Below, piece by piece: positions 38,268-45,967 of a DNA stretch of 64,000 nt. Source of the DNA: Candidatus Hinthialibacter antarcticus (GTDB lineage: Bacteria; Hinthialibacterota; Hinthialibacteria; Hinthialibacterales; Hinthialibacteraceae); assembly GCA_030765645.1 (NCBI GenBank), contig JAVCCE010000063.1, forward strand, positions 137,626-201,625. The letters run 5' to 3'. Each line of letters opens with the position of its first letter. Position 1 is the first letter of the stretch. A program made the position numbers and the translations under genes. The notes beneath the pieces were generated by a model, which saw nothing but the letters and a program-made list of their open reading frames with translations, did no database searches and was not told the DNA's origin.

Positions 38268-38962
38268 CGTTCGCCTCCTGGTTCGTCGCTTGTGCTGGAC
38301 GTTCCGCCGCCTTCAGATGCGCCCCGGCTCAAGGTCAGCCAGATGGTGGTATTGTGTTGAGTGAGCAATTCCGGCGTTGGTTCTTGTTCAAGTTCATTGG
38401 GTCGATAAAACCCCAGATTAATATTGACCGCAATCGGCAGGTCGGCTTCGGAATTCCATTCCGGCCACCACATCAGGCCGTCATAATATTCATAATTGAT
38501 CGATATGATGTGCGGCCCCAGCAGCGAAATTTCGCCGCCGCTGAACGGGTCGTCGTCGGGCGTGGCGTCGTATCGGCGCACCAGCCAGCGCTCGGGGGTC
38601 GAGTCGTCGAGGTCGATGAAATACTGCACCTCGGCGAGGTCGCTGGTTCCTTCGCCAATTTCGATGGGATTATTCACCATGCTGATAAAGGTCAGCGTGT
38701 CGGCGTCGAATTGGCCGTTCTGTTCATCCATGCCGACGAAGCGGGTTACGTCTCCATGCGGCGAGATGAAAGTGGAAGCCAGGTCGGTGCGCATCCGGGT
38801 GAAGATCATATTGGCGATTTCTGCATCGGAGGTTTTTCCGCCGCGAATTTTATAGGCGCTTAGCACAACCGAGAGCGAAAAGAACGCGCCCGACAACACC
38901 AGCGAAGTGATGGTGGTCGCAACTAACAACTCAATTAACGTAAACGCCGGAGACCGCATCAT
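38264..38962 (-). CDS. gspJ: Type II secretion minor pseudopilin GspJ
   Basis: Prepilin N-methylation motif AFTLIELLVATTITSLVLSG. Confidence 0.6.
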   Translation of the reverse strand: MMRSPAFTLIELLVATTITSLVLSGAFFSLSVVLSAYKIRGGKTSDAEIANMIFTRMRTDLASTFISPHGDVTRFVGMDEQNGQFDADTLTFISMVNNPIEIGEGTSDLAEVQYFIDLDDSTPERWLVRRYDATPDDDPFSGGEISLLGPHIISINYEYYDGLMWWPEWNSEADLPIAVNINLGFYRPNELEQEPTPELLTQHNTTIWLTLSRGASEGGGTSSTSDEPGGER

Positions 38963-39366
38963 GCTTCGCTTTCCTCCGCCGTTGTTGTGGTTGTGGCCAT
39001 ATAGTAATGATAGGTCGTGCAGGTGCGCGCGTATTCTTTGTCGCCGCGAATCCAGTCAATCGTCATCTCGACCAGATAAAAATTGGTGTAGTTGGTCGGG
39101 GTGTAGACGGCGCTCCAACTGAAGCCGGGATGGTTGGTGAACGTGCCCTGGTTGGCGTCGAGCGGCGACAGCATATTGGCGCGGACATGGGTGCGCAGTT
39201 CAGTCATCATGGAGGTGGAAATTGCATAGTCTTCCGCCACCCGGCTGGCGACCAGTGAGGCGGAGAACGTGGTGAGGATGCTGGCGATGGCAATGCCCAT
39301 AATGGTCATCGCGGCCAGCGCTTCCACCAGAGAGAACGAGTTTTCCGCTCGTCGCTTAGTCCTCAT
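38959..39366 (-). CDS. gspI: Type II secretion minor pseudopilin GspI
   Basis: SFSLVEALAAMTIMGIAIASIL prepilin-type N-terminus, 135 aa. Confidence 0.6.
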   Translation of the reverse strand: MRTKRRAENSFSLVEALAAMTIMGIAIASILTTFSASLVASRVAEDYAISTSMMTELRTHVRANMLSPLDANQGTFTNHPGFSWSAVYTPTNYTNFYLVEMTIDWIRGDKEYARTCTTYHYYMATTTTTAEESEA

Positions 39367-39898
39367 ACAGCGTCTCCACTTTGTGGTCCCAAATCAATAC
39401 TTGCCCGGTCAGCCCGACCACGCCGACGGTGTAGACGCGCTGGGTCTCGTCCACCAAGGTAAGCAGCGCGTCGGAAGTTGAACCGTTGGGCGAAAACAAG
39501 AGTTCATTTTCTTCCAACCCGCCGTATAGGCTTTGCTTTTCAAATGACGCAATCTTGATGGTCGCCGGTTCGCGCAATTGTTTTGGAGAAGGGAAGGGCG
39601 TGCGTTGTTCTTCAAAAATGCCGGGTTGCATAAACGGGTCGATTTCAATCGAAAACAAAATACCGCCTGCTTCAGAATCAAACAGGATTTTCGTTTGTGC
39701 GCTGCGCTGGATGGCTTCGCTTCGGGCGTAACGTATGATGTTGCCAATGGCCTGCGAAGCGTTTTTGAGTTCCTGCGACGTCAACACGTTACGGAACGAA
39801 GGGATCGCCATGCCCATCATGATGCCCATGAGGGTAATGACCATTACCAGTTCCATTAAGGTAAAACCGTGTTGTGCGCGCGCGTGTTTATTCTTCAT
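39356..39898 (-). CDS. gspH: Type II secretion pseudopilin GspH
   Basis: GFTLMELVMVITLMGIMMGMAIPSF prepilin-type N-terminus, 180 aa, position after gspF. Confidence 0.6.
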   Translation of the reverse strand: MKNKHARAQHGFTLMELVMVITLMGIMMGMAIPSFRNVLTSQELKNASQAIGNIIRYARSEAIQRSAQTKILFDSEAGGILFSIEIDPFMQPGIFEEQRTPFPSPKQLREPATIKIASFEKQSLYGGLEENELLFSPNGSTSDALLTLVDETQRVYTVGVVGLTGQVLIWDHKVETLYED

Positions 39899-41112
39899 TG
39901 AATCATTTCACTGATATTCATAATTGGCAGCAGGAACGCAAACAGAACGCTGCCGACGCCTAGCGCCATCAAGATGATGACGATGGGTTCAAATAAGGTA
40001 ATAAACCGTTTAATGGCTTGTTCAACTTCGGCGTCGAAGGTGTCGGCGACTTGAAACAACATCTCGTCCAGGCTGCCCGACTGCTCGCCGACCGCGATCA
40101 GGTTGGTTACCATCGGCGGGAAAAATCCCGTCTGCTTCAACGGCGTTGACAGGCCTTCGCCGCGTTTGACTTTTTCGCACACCTCTTGAAGCGCTTTCGA
40201 CAGAATGCTGCTACTGGTGGTGGAGACCACCAGATTGAGCGCACTCAAAACAGGGATGCCGCTTTTGACGAGAGTTCCCATGGTGCGGGAGAAGCGGGCG
40301 ATTTGCGCTTTCACCATCATGCTGCCGAGTAATGGGAAATTCTCTTTGAGGCGGTCGTAGTTTTCGCGTCCGGCGTCAGTATCGACGTAGCGGCGCAGCG
40401 CATAGCCGGTTCCAAGCATAACAATTAACGCAAGCCATCCCCAGCGCAGCACCCAATCGCTCAGCCCGATCAACGCCGCCGTCAGAAATGGCAGTTTCGA
40501 GCCGAAGTCGGCGAACACCGCGCCCAGGCGGGGAATCACAAATGTAACCAGTACGCCGATGGAGCCGATACCGACCATGACCACCAGCGTGGGGTAGGCC
40601 AGCGCGGTCATAATGCTTGACCGCAACGCTTGTTCTTTTTCCATAAACGTGGCGAGCTGTTTGAGGACAATTTCTAACACGCCGCCCGATTCGCCGACGC
40701 GGATCATGCTGCAATACAATTCGGGAAATTGGCGTGGGTATTTTGCCAACGCGTCCGACAAGCTGGCCCCGCCGTGAATATCTTCACGAACGTCATGTAG
40801 AATTGCGCTCATGGCGGCGCTTTCGGTTTGTTCTTCTAAGATCGAAAGCGCTTGCGAGAGGACGATGCCTGCGCGTAACAACGCCGCGAGCTGCGCCGTG
40901 AAAACCTGGATGTCATTTTGTTTGACCCGGCCCCGCCTGGGCGCAGACGTCGATGCAACTTTCGGCCCCGTTTTGGATTGTTCGACGACCTCAATCGGGC
41001 GGACGCCCTGGGTGCGCAATTGCGCGACGGCGTCGTTGCGTTCAGGCGCAGAGAGGCTGCCGTTTACCGGACGGCCTTCAGCAGTCAATGCGCGATAGCG
41101 ATACAGCGGCAT
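39895..41112 (-). CDS. gspF: Type II secretion inner-membrane platform protein GspF
   Basis: Two GspF repeats, 3 TM; start chosen at MPLYRYRALTAEGRPVNGSL (classic GspF N-terminus) with GGGAGA RBS; ORF-track start 41214 is an Arg-rich upstream extension. Confidence 0.85.
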   Translation of the reverse strand: MPLYRYRALTAEGRPVNGSLSAPERNDAVAQLRTQGVRPIEVVEQSKTGPKVASTSAPRRGRVKQNDIQVFTAQLAALLRAGIVLSQALSILEEQTESAAMSAILHDVREDIHGGASLSDALAKYPRQFPELYCSMIRVGESGGVLEIVLKQLATFMEKEQALRSSIMTALAYPTLVVMVGIGSIGVLVTFVIPRLGAVFADFGSKLPFLTAALIGLSDWVLRWGWLALIVMLGTGYALRRYVDTDAGRENYDRLKENFPLLGSMMVKAQIARFSRTMGTLVKSGIPVLSALNLVVSTTSSSILSKALQEVCEKVKRGEGLSTPLKQTGFFPPMVTNLIAVGEQSGSLDEMLFQVADTFDAEVEQAIKRFITLFEPIVIILMALGVGSVLFAFLLPIMNISEMIQ

Positions 41113-41126
41113 GAGGATGCGTCTCC

Positions 41127-42815
41127 CTAAAGATTCAGGTCTGTGAATTCTTCTTCTTCCGTCACCCGGACAACCTCTTCGACGGTGGTCTCGCCCGCGA
41201 TGACTTTTTCCCAACCGTATTCGCGCAGCGTTTTTAATTTTGCCGTTTGTTGAATTACGTTAGACGAAGTGCGGGTGTTAATGAGTTCCCGAACCGGGTC
41301 TGTAATCATCAGCAGTTCAAATAAGCCGGAGCGGCCTTTGAAGCCCTGGTTGCGGCAATATTCGCAGCCGGTCCCGCGTTGGGCGGAGACGCCGTTGGGC
41401 AGCGAATCGCCCACCAGCGACAGCAATTCATGGTCGGGTTCATACGGCGCCCGGCAATGCGGGCAATTGCGCCGCACCAACCGTTGCGCGAGTACGCCGA
41501 CTAACGAAGATGAGATCAAGTAAGGCTCCACGCCCATGTCGATCAAACGTGAAATAGAACCCGCAGCGTTGTTGGTGTGCAGCGTACTAAACACCAGGTG
41601 CCCGGTCAGCGCGGAACGGATGGCGATTTCAGCGGTTTCAAAATCGCGGATCTCACCCACCATGATAATGTCGGGGTCCTGGCGAACGATCGAACGTAAT
41701 CCATTGGCGAAGGTCAGGCCGCGTTTGGCGTTGACATTCATCTGGCTGATGCCCTGCAAGTCGTATTCAACCGGGTCTTCGATGGTGATGATCTTCATCT
41801 TGGGCGTTTTGATCTGGTTCAACGCGGCGTAGAGCGTCGTGGTTTTGCCGGAGCCGGTCGGCCCGGTGACGAGAATGATGCCGTGCGTACGGCGTAGCAA
41901 CAATTCAAAACTGCTGCGGGTGTCTGAAAAGAAACCCAGGTCGGTAATATCAATCAAGATATTCGTTTTGTCTAAAATACGCATGACCACGCTTTCCCCG
42001 TGAACGGTGGGGATGGTGGAGACGCGGAAGTCCAACTCGCGTTCGCCCAGTCGTAGCCGGATGTGGCCGTCTTGCGGGGTGTAGCGTTCGGCGATGTCCA
42101 TTTCTGACATGATCTTGATACGTGAAATGATCGCCGATTGCAGGTGTTTGGGCGGCGGCGGCTGCTCTTGCAGCATCCCGTCGATGCGGTAGCGCACCAC
42201 CAAGTCGTTTTCAAACGGCTCCACGTGAATATCGCTGGCGCCTTCTTCCACTGCTTGAAAAATAATCAGGTTGACCAGGTTAACGACGGTCGGTTCGCGG
42301 GCGAGTTCTTGCAAGTCAGCGATGTTTTCCGGGTTGACCAAATTTAGATCATCGTCTCCCGAACTCAGGTTTGCGATCATCTTCTCAATGCTGGCGCCAA
42401 AATAGCGTTCGATATTTTCCAGCAGCGCTTTTTTTCGGGCGAGCACAACCTGAATCTCACAGCCGGACAGCATCCGCAGGTCGTCGAAGACTTGCAGTTC
42501 GCTCGGGTCCATCGCCGCGACGGTGAGTTGGCCATTATTTTTATAGATGGGAAGAACGCAATGCCGCAGCGCAAATTCCGCAGGGACGGCATTGATTGCG
42601 GCGTGCGGCGCTTTTTCAGGAATTTCCTGCCAGGGTACGCCGTACGCTTTGCTGAGTTCATCCAGCAAGGCTTCTTCTTCGACCCAATGCCGACGCAACA
42701 CAATTTCGTCCGGCGCGTCGCCAGTCTCGGCTTGTTCTTCTTTTACGCTTAGCGCTTGCTCATGCGTAAGCAGACCGCTCTCTATAAGGAGCGAGTAGAG
42801 TTCCGATGAATTCAT
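41127..42815 (-). CDS. gspE: Type II secretion ATPase GspE
   Basis: Walker A GPTGSGKTTTL, Asp box, His box, tetracysteine CPHC...CEYC zinc motif, N-terminal GspE_N domain. Confidence 0.95.
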   Translation of the reverse strand: MNSSELYSLLIESGLLTHEQALSVKEEQAETGDAPDEIVLRRHWVEEEALLDELSKAYGVPWQEIPEKAPHAAINAVPAEFALRHCVLPIYKNNGQLTVAAMDPSELQVFDDLRMLSGCEIQVVLARKKALLENIERYFGASIEKMIANLSSGDDDLNLVNPENIADLQELAREPTVVNLVNLIIFQAVEEGASDIHVEPFENDLVVRYRIDGMLQEQPPPPKHLQSAIISRIKIMSEMDIAERYTPQDGHIRLRLGERELDFRVSTIPTVHGESVVMRILDKTNILIDITDLGFFSDTRSSFELLLRRTHGIILVTGPTGSGKTTTLYAALNQIKTPKMKIITIEDPVEYDLQGISQMNVNAKRGLTFANGLRSIVRQDPDIIMVGEIRDFETAEIAIRSALTGHLVFSTLHTNNAAGSISRLIDMGVEPYLISSSLVGVLAQRLVRRNCPHCRAPYEPDHELLSLVGDSLPNGVSAQRGTGCEYCRNQGFKGRSGLFELLMITDPVRELINTRTSSNVIQQTAKLKTLREYGWEKVIAGETTVEEVVRVTEEEEFTDLNL

Positions 42816-42973
42816 CGATCACCACATCCCCTCGGCGAAAAGTTCTATATATGTTTCCAACTTAGGCAATAAACGGATATTAATTGAATAGAAGCGCGAG
42901 TTTCAAATTCTAAAAAAAGCCATATCATCCACACAGAGGTAAAGTAACACAATTGGTATCGTAAATAAATCAA

Positions 42974-43077
42974 AGTCCGCTACTTTTGTTCTGATAAACC
43001 AAAATTGTTATTAAAAACAATACGATCAAGCACTTCTTTGATATCATATATAACGATTTAGTCCGCGCTTTTGTTTC
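42974..43077. promoter_or_regulatory. AT-rich divergent promoter region (gspE on minus strand, fmdB-like on plus strand) containing two direct copies of AGTCCGC-NN-CTTTTGTT
   Basis: AGTCCGCTACTTTTGTT at 42974-42990 and AGTCCGCGCTTTTGTTT at 43060-43077. Confidence 0.3.
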
Positions 43078-43199
43078 AAGTGTTCAGATAAAAGGAAATT
43101 TATTAATGAATCGAAAGTCTCCATTAGGCCGACTTTCAATCAAAGCGGTGATCGAATACACTATTGGAGCAAGATTATTTCTATTATTGAGGCGGAAAC

Positions 43200-43427
43200 A
43201 TGCCGATTTTTGAATTTCAGTGTACGAAATGTAACCATCAGTTTGAAGAACTCGTGTTCAATCGTGACGATACCCCCCTTTGCCCATCATGCGGCAATGA
43301 AAAAGTGGCGAAGCAACTCTCTACGTTTGGCGTAAACGCAGGCAATTCCAGCCCCTGCGGCAGCGAATCCTGCCCCATGCCCGAAGCCCCGGCTTGCGGG
43401 GGCGGCGGTTGCCCGTCGTGCATGTAA
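43200..43427 (+). CDS. FmdB-family zinc-ribbon protein
   Basis: MPIFEFQCTKCNHQFEEL...CPSCG... two CxxC pairs, Gly/Cys-rich tail. Confidence 0.7.
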   Translation: MPIFEFQCTKCNHQFEELVFNRDDTPLCPSCGNEKVAKQLSTFGVNAGNSSPCGSESCPMPEAPACGGGGCPSCM

Positions 43428-43484
43428 CCCGACGCGCGCATTGACGAAAGCCGCGCCCGATACCACAATACTCTCTTCGTAACA

Positions 43485-44207
43485 ATGTATAGGGAGAGGA
43501 AGGCATTCATGTCAGCGAAGATTGACCACAAAGAACTCCAGCGGCGCCTCAAAGAAGATGAACTGCAAGTGTTTTGGCAGCAATTCATTGGTAACGCACG
43601 CCGCTTCTATGAGAAGTCTGGACGCCAACTTTTAATGGGAATTGGCGTTGTCTTGGTAGCCATTATTGGCTGGTACCTATGGGGGATGAAAGCGTCCGCC
43701 GATTTTCAAGCGGCGCAGTTGACGTTTGCGACTGGCGTTACTCTGGCCCAGAACGAGCAATATGAGCCTGCGCTTGAACAATTCAATTCATTGCTGCAGA
43801 GCCACCCTGGCGCTTCGGTAACGACGTACGCCCGTTTGATGCGCGGCAGGTGTTTTGTCGAATTGGAAGATTACGACCGCGCGTTGCAGGAATATCAACA
43901 AGCGTTGTCGTCAGCGAAATCGAATGCGGATAAGGATTTGATCCGCGTGGCGATTGTGCAAGCGCAGCGCAGCCTGGGCAATGCCGACGCGGCGTTGAAA
44001 GAGATTGAAACCTTAGAAGCCAACGCCAAGGCGGATGATTTTACGTTTTACCTCGCCTATCTAAAGGGCGGCTGTTATGAAGAACTCGACCAGACCGACA
44101 AAGCGATTCAAGCCTATCAGTCGATCTCAAAAGATTCCGTCTGGAACAGTTTTGCCTTAGAGCGCTTAGATTGGCTCGAAGCAGAAGCCACCGCGCCGCT
44201 TCAATAA
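43485..44207 (+). CDS. Membrane-anchored TPR-repeat protein (YfgM-like)
   Basis: N-terminal cytoplasmic segment, one TM (LLMGIGVVLVAIIGWYLWGM), TPR-like helical repeats. Confidence 0.6.
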   Translation: MYRERKAFMSAKIDHKELQRRLKEDELQVFWQQFIGNARRFYEKSGRQLLMGIGVVLVAIIGWYLWGMKASADFQAAQLTFATGVTLAQNEQYEPALEQFNSLLQSHPGASVTTYARLMRGRCFVELEDYDRALQEYQQALSSAKSNADKDLIRVAIVQAQRSLGNADAALKEIETLEANAKADDFTFYLAYLKGGCYEELDQTDKAIQAYQSISKDSVWNSFALERLDWLEAEATAPLQ

Positions 44208-44227
44208 TTTCTTTGATCATAGTGAAA

Positions 44228-44261
44228 CAAAAAACCCGGCAAACATCGCCGGGTTTTTTTA
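44228..44261 (+). terminator. Rho-independent terminator
   Basis: AAAAAACCCGGCaaacatcGCCGGGTTTTTTT. Confidence 0.7.
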
Positions 44262-44314
44262 TGTCAACGTCCGTAAGGCTACGGGCGCAATATTTTTTCA
44301 AACACTAAAGAACC

Positions 44315-44522
44315 ATCTCATAAATACTTGATATTTCGTTGCGTGCGGCATGGGTACAACTCTGCTCGCTTCAGTGCGGGCTATCAGGCCCTTATTCACA
44401 GGCGCTCTCAGAATTGCACCCATGCCTGATTTGGTTTGTCATTTATTGATATGCCGGAATACGTTTTCGGAATCTAAATTATGGTCATCTATTACGGTAA
44501 GTATTCACTTGCCGTATCGACC
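44315..44522 (+). ncRNA. Structured intergenic element, copy A (about 208 nt), candidate small RNA
   Basis: About 80 % identical over full length to 58592-58798; nested stems GGCATGGGTACAACTC...GAGTTGCACCCATGCC and GGGC-loop-GCCC; lies between two terminators in a convergent intergenic region. Confidence 0.45.
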
Positions 44523-44541
44523 TAAAGTTATTTTTTGGGCT

Positions 44542-44563
44542 GGGCGCTGCAAACGCCGGGGAT
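44542..44563. repeat. Degenerate copy of the G/C-rich palindromic element (GGGCGCTGCAAACGCCGGGGAT)
   Basis: Matches TGGCGCTGCAAGCGCCGGGGGGAT of copy 1. Confidence 0.3.
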
Positions 44564-44659
44564 ATCTAAAGCGAGTCCGTATTGGTATGCGAGGATGCTT
44601 TGGTCGTTGTTTGCTCTTTTGTGCGAATCATCATCAAGATGATCTCGAGTCACTTCGAT

Positions 44660-44690
44660 AAAAAAACGGGCTGCGGATAACCGCAGCCCG
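44660..44690 (-). terminator. Rho-independent terminator for the gspG-like gene (also readable on + strand)
   Basis: AAAAAAACGGGCTGCGGataaCCGCAGCCCG; U-tract on minus strand. Confidence 0.7.
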
Positions 44691-44716
44691 AATCGTTTCG
44701 ATTTGTATTATTGCAA

Positions 44717-45343
44717 TTATACGCCGTTGGTGATGGTGCAGTCGACGTTCTGGTGCCCATCTTTGGAGCCGACCCAAAGAATGTCGCCAACGCTGGTTAG
44801 CCCATTGGATGTGTGGTAGACAAAATCGGGTTTGCCATTAGGGCAACTGCCCGTGCGTTGTCCGCCCCAACCATTTACGCCGTCAGGGCCCCATGCGTTA
44901 AGACGCCACATATAGCCCCAGGCGCCGGAAGCGCGCCAAGTATCTGTATCATGATCCTGATATGAATTAACATAATCGTATCCATTTCCCCATTGAGCAA
45001 AATCAGCCGTGTTCTCTCCGGCAAACGGGTCTAATGGAATGGATGAAAGATACGACACCGGGGTCGTCAAACGATATAAACGAATATCGTTTGGGTGGAA
45101 GTAATCGCCGCTTCCCGCAACGCGGGCTTTGTTGCATGGCGGCAACGCATTGTTGTCCAATTCATACATTTGCAATCCAGTTGAAATCGTTTTCATATCT
45201 GAAACGGTGCGGGCGACTTTTGCGCGGATTTGCGCATTCAAAAAATTGGGGACGGCAATTGCAGCAAGGATGCCGATGATGGCGACGACGATGAGAAGTT
45301 CAATCAGGGTAAACGCATTTTTCCTACAGGTATGCTTGCTCAT
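44717..45343 (-). CDS. gspG: Major pseudopilin GspG-like (prepilin-type N-terminal methylation domain) with extended C-terminal domain
   Basis: AFTLIELLIVVAIIGILAAIAVPNF...QMYELDNNALPP matches GspG core; 208 aa (about 60 aa longer than typical GspG). Confidence 0.6.
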   Translation of the reverse strand: MSKHTCRKNAFTLIELLIVVAIIGILAAIAVPNFLNAQIRAKVARTVSDMKTISTGLQMYELDNNALPPCNKARVAGSGDYFHPNDIRLYRLTTPVSYLSSIPLDPFAGENTADFAQWGNGYDYVNSYQDHDTDTWRASGAWGYMWRLNAWGPDGVNGWGGQRTGSCPNGKPDFVYHTSNGLTSVGDILWVGSKDGHQNVDCTITNGV

Positions 45344-45486
45344 GTCCTACTCCTATAAAATAAAAATAATGAATACATGAATTCATAGTAAAATTACCAG
45401 TATTTACTTGATTTGTCCAAGGGAGAACATTATATTTTCTATACTTCTTGCAAATGAAATGTAAATATTGACGGAAAGAGAACTCG

Positions 45487-45858
45487 ATGGAACGGATTTT
45501 TGCATTGACGGGCGCTATTTTTGGCTTTTTGGGCGTTGGTTTCGGCGCGTTTGGCGCACACGCGCTCAAGGATAAATTAGACCCGTATTTTCTCGATGTG
45601 TTTGAAGTCGGCGTCCGTTATCAGATGTATCACGCGCTGGCATTGTTGTTTGTTGCCTGGGCGGCCTCGCGGGCGCCCGGCCTCGCGGTGCAAATCGCGG
45701 GGTGGGGTTTCATTCTAGGGACGCTCATTTTCTCTGGTAGTTTGTATATTCTCGCGCTGAGCGGCATCCGCTGGTTGGGCGCGATTACTCCCATTGGCGG
45801 CGTTGGGTTTTTGGTTGGCTGGGCTGCGTTGCTGGTTGCGTTCATTAAAATGAGATAA
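45487..45858 (+). CDS. DUF423 (YgdD/TMEM256) family membrane protein
   Basis: FGAFGAHALK...MYHALALL signature, 4 TM, 123 aa. Confidence 0.75.
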   Translation: MERIFALTGAIFGFLGVGFGAFGAHALKDKLDPYFLDVFEVGVRYQMYHALALLFVAWAASRAPGLAVQIAGWGFILGTLIFSGSLYILALSGIRWLGAITPIGGVGFLVGWAALLVAFIKMR

Positions 45859-45967
45859 GGGCTTTCGTTTGATTTTCTTGTCGCTTCATGGCTACAATAC
45901 CCTTTCACCGATGTTGTAATTGCGGGGAACCATTCTATTTATTAAGAAATTTTGAAATGAGGGGAAC

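Noticed and set aside
41113-41214. Arg/Gly-rich 34-aa N-terminal extension of gspF in the ORF track
   Set aside because: The canonical GspF N-terminus (MPLYRYRALTAEG...) begins at the internal Met with an RBS. The extension would overlap the gspE stop region.
44315-44522. MITE / IS-derived interpretation of the 208-nt element
   Set aside because: There are no terminal inverted repeats or flanking direct repeats at either full copy, and no transposase nearby. The conserved internal secondary structure fits an RNA better, but the MITE idea is not fully excluded.
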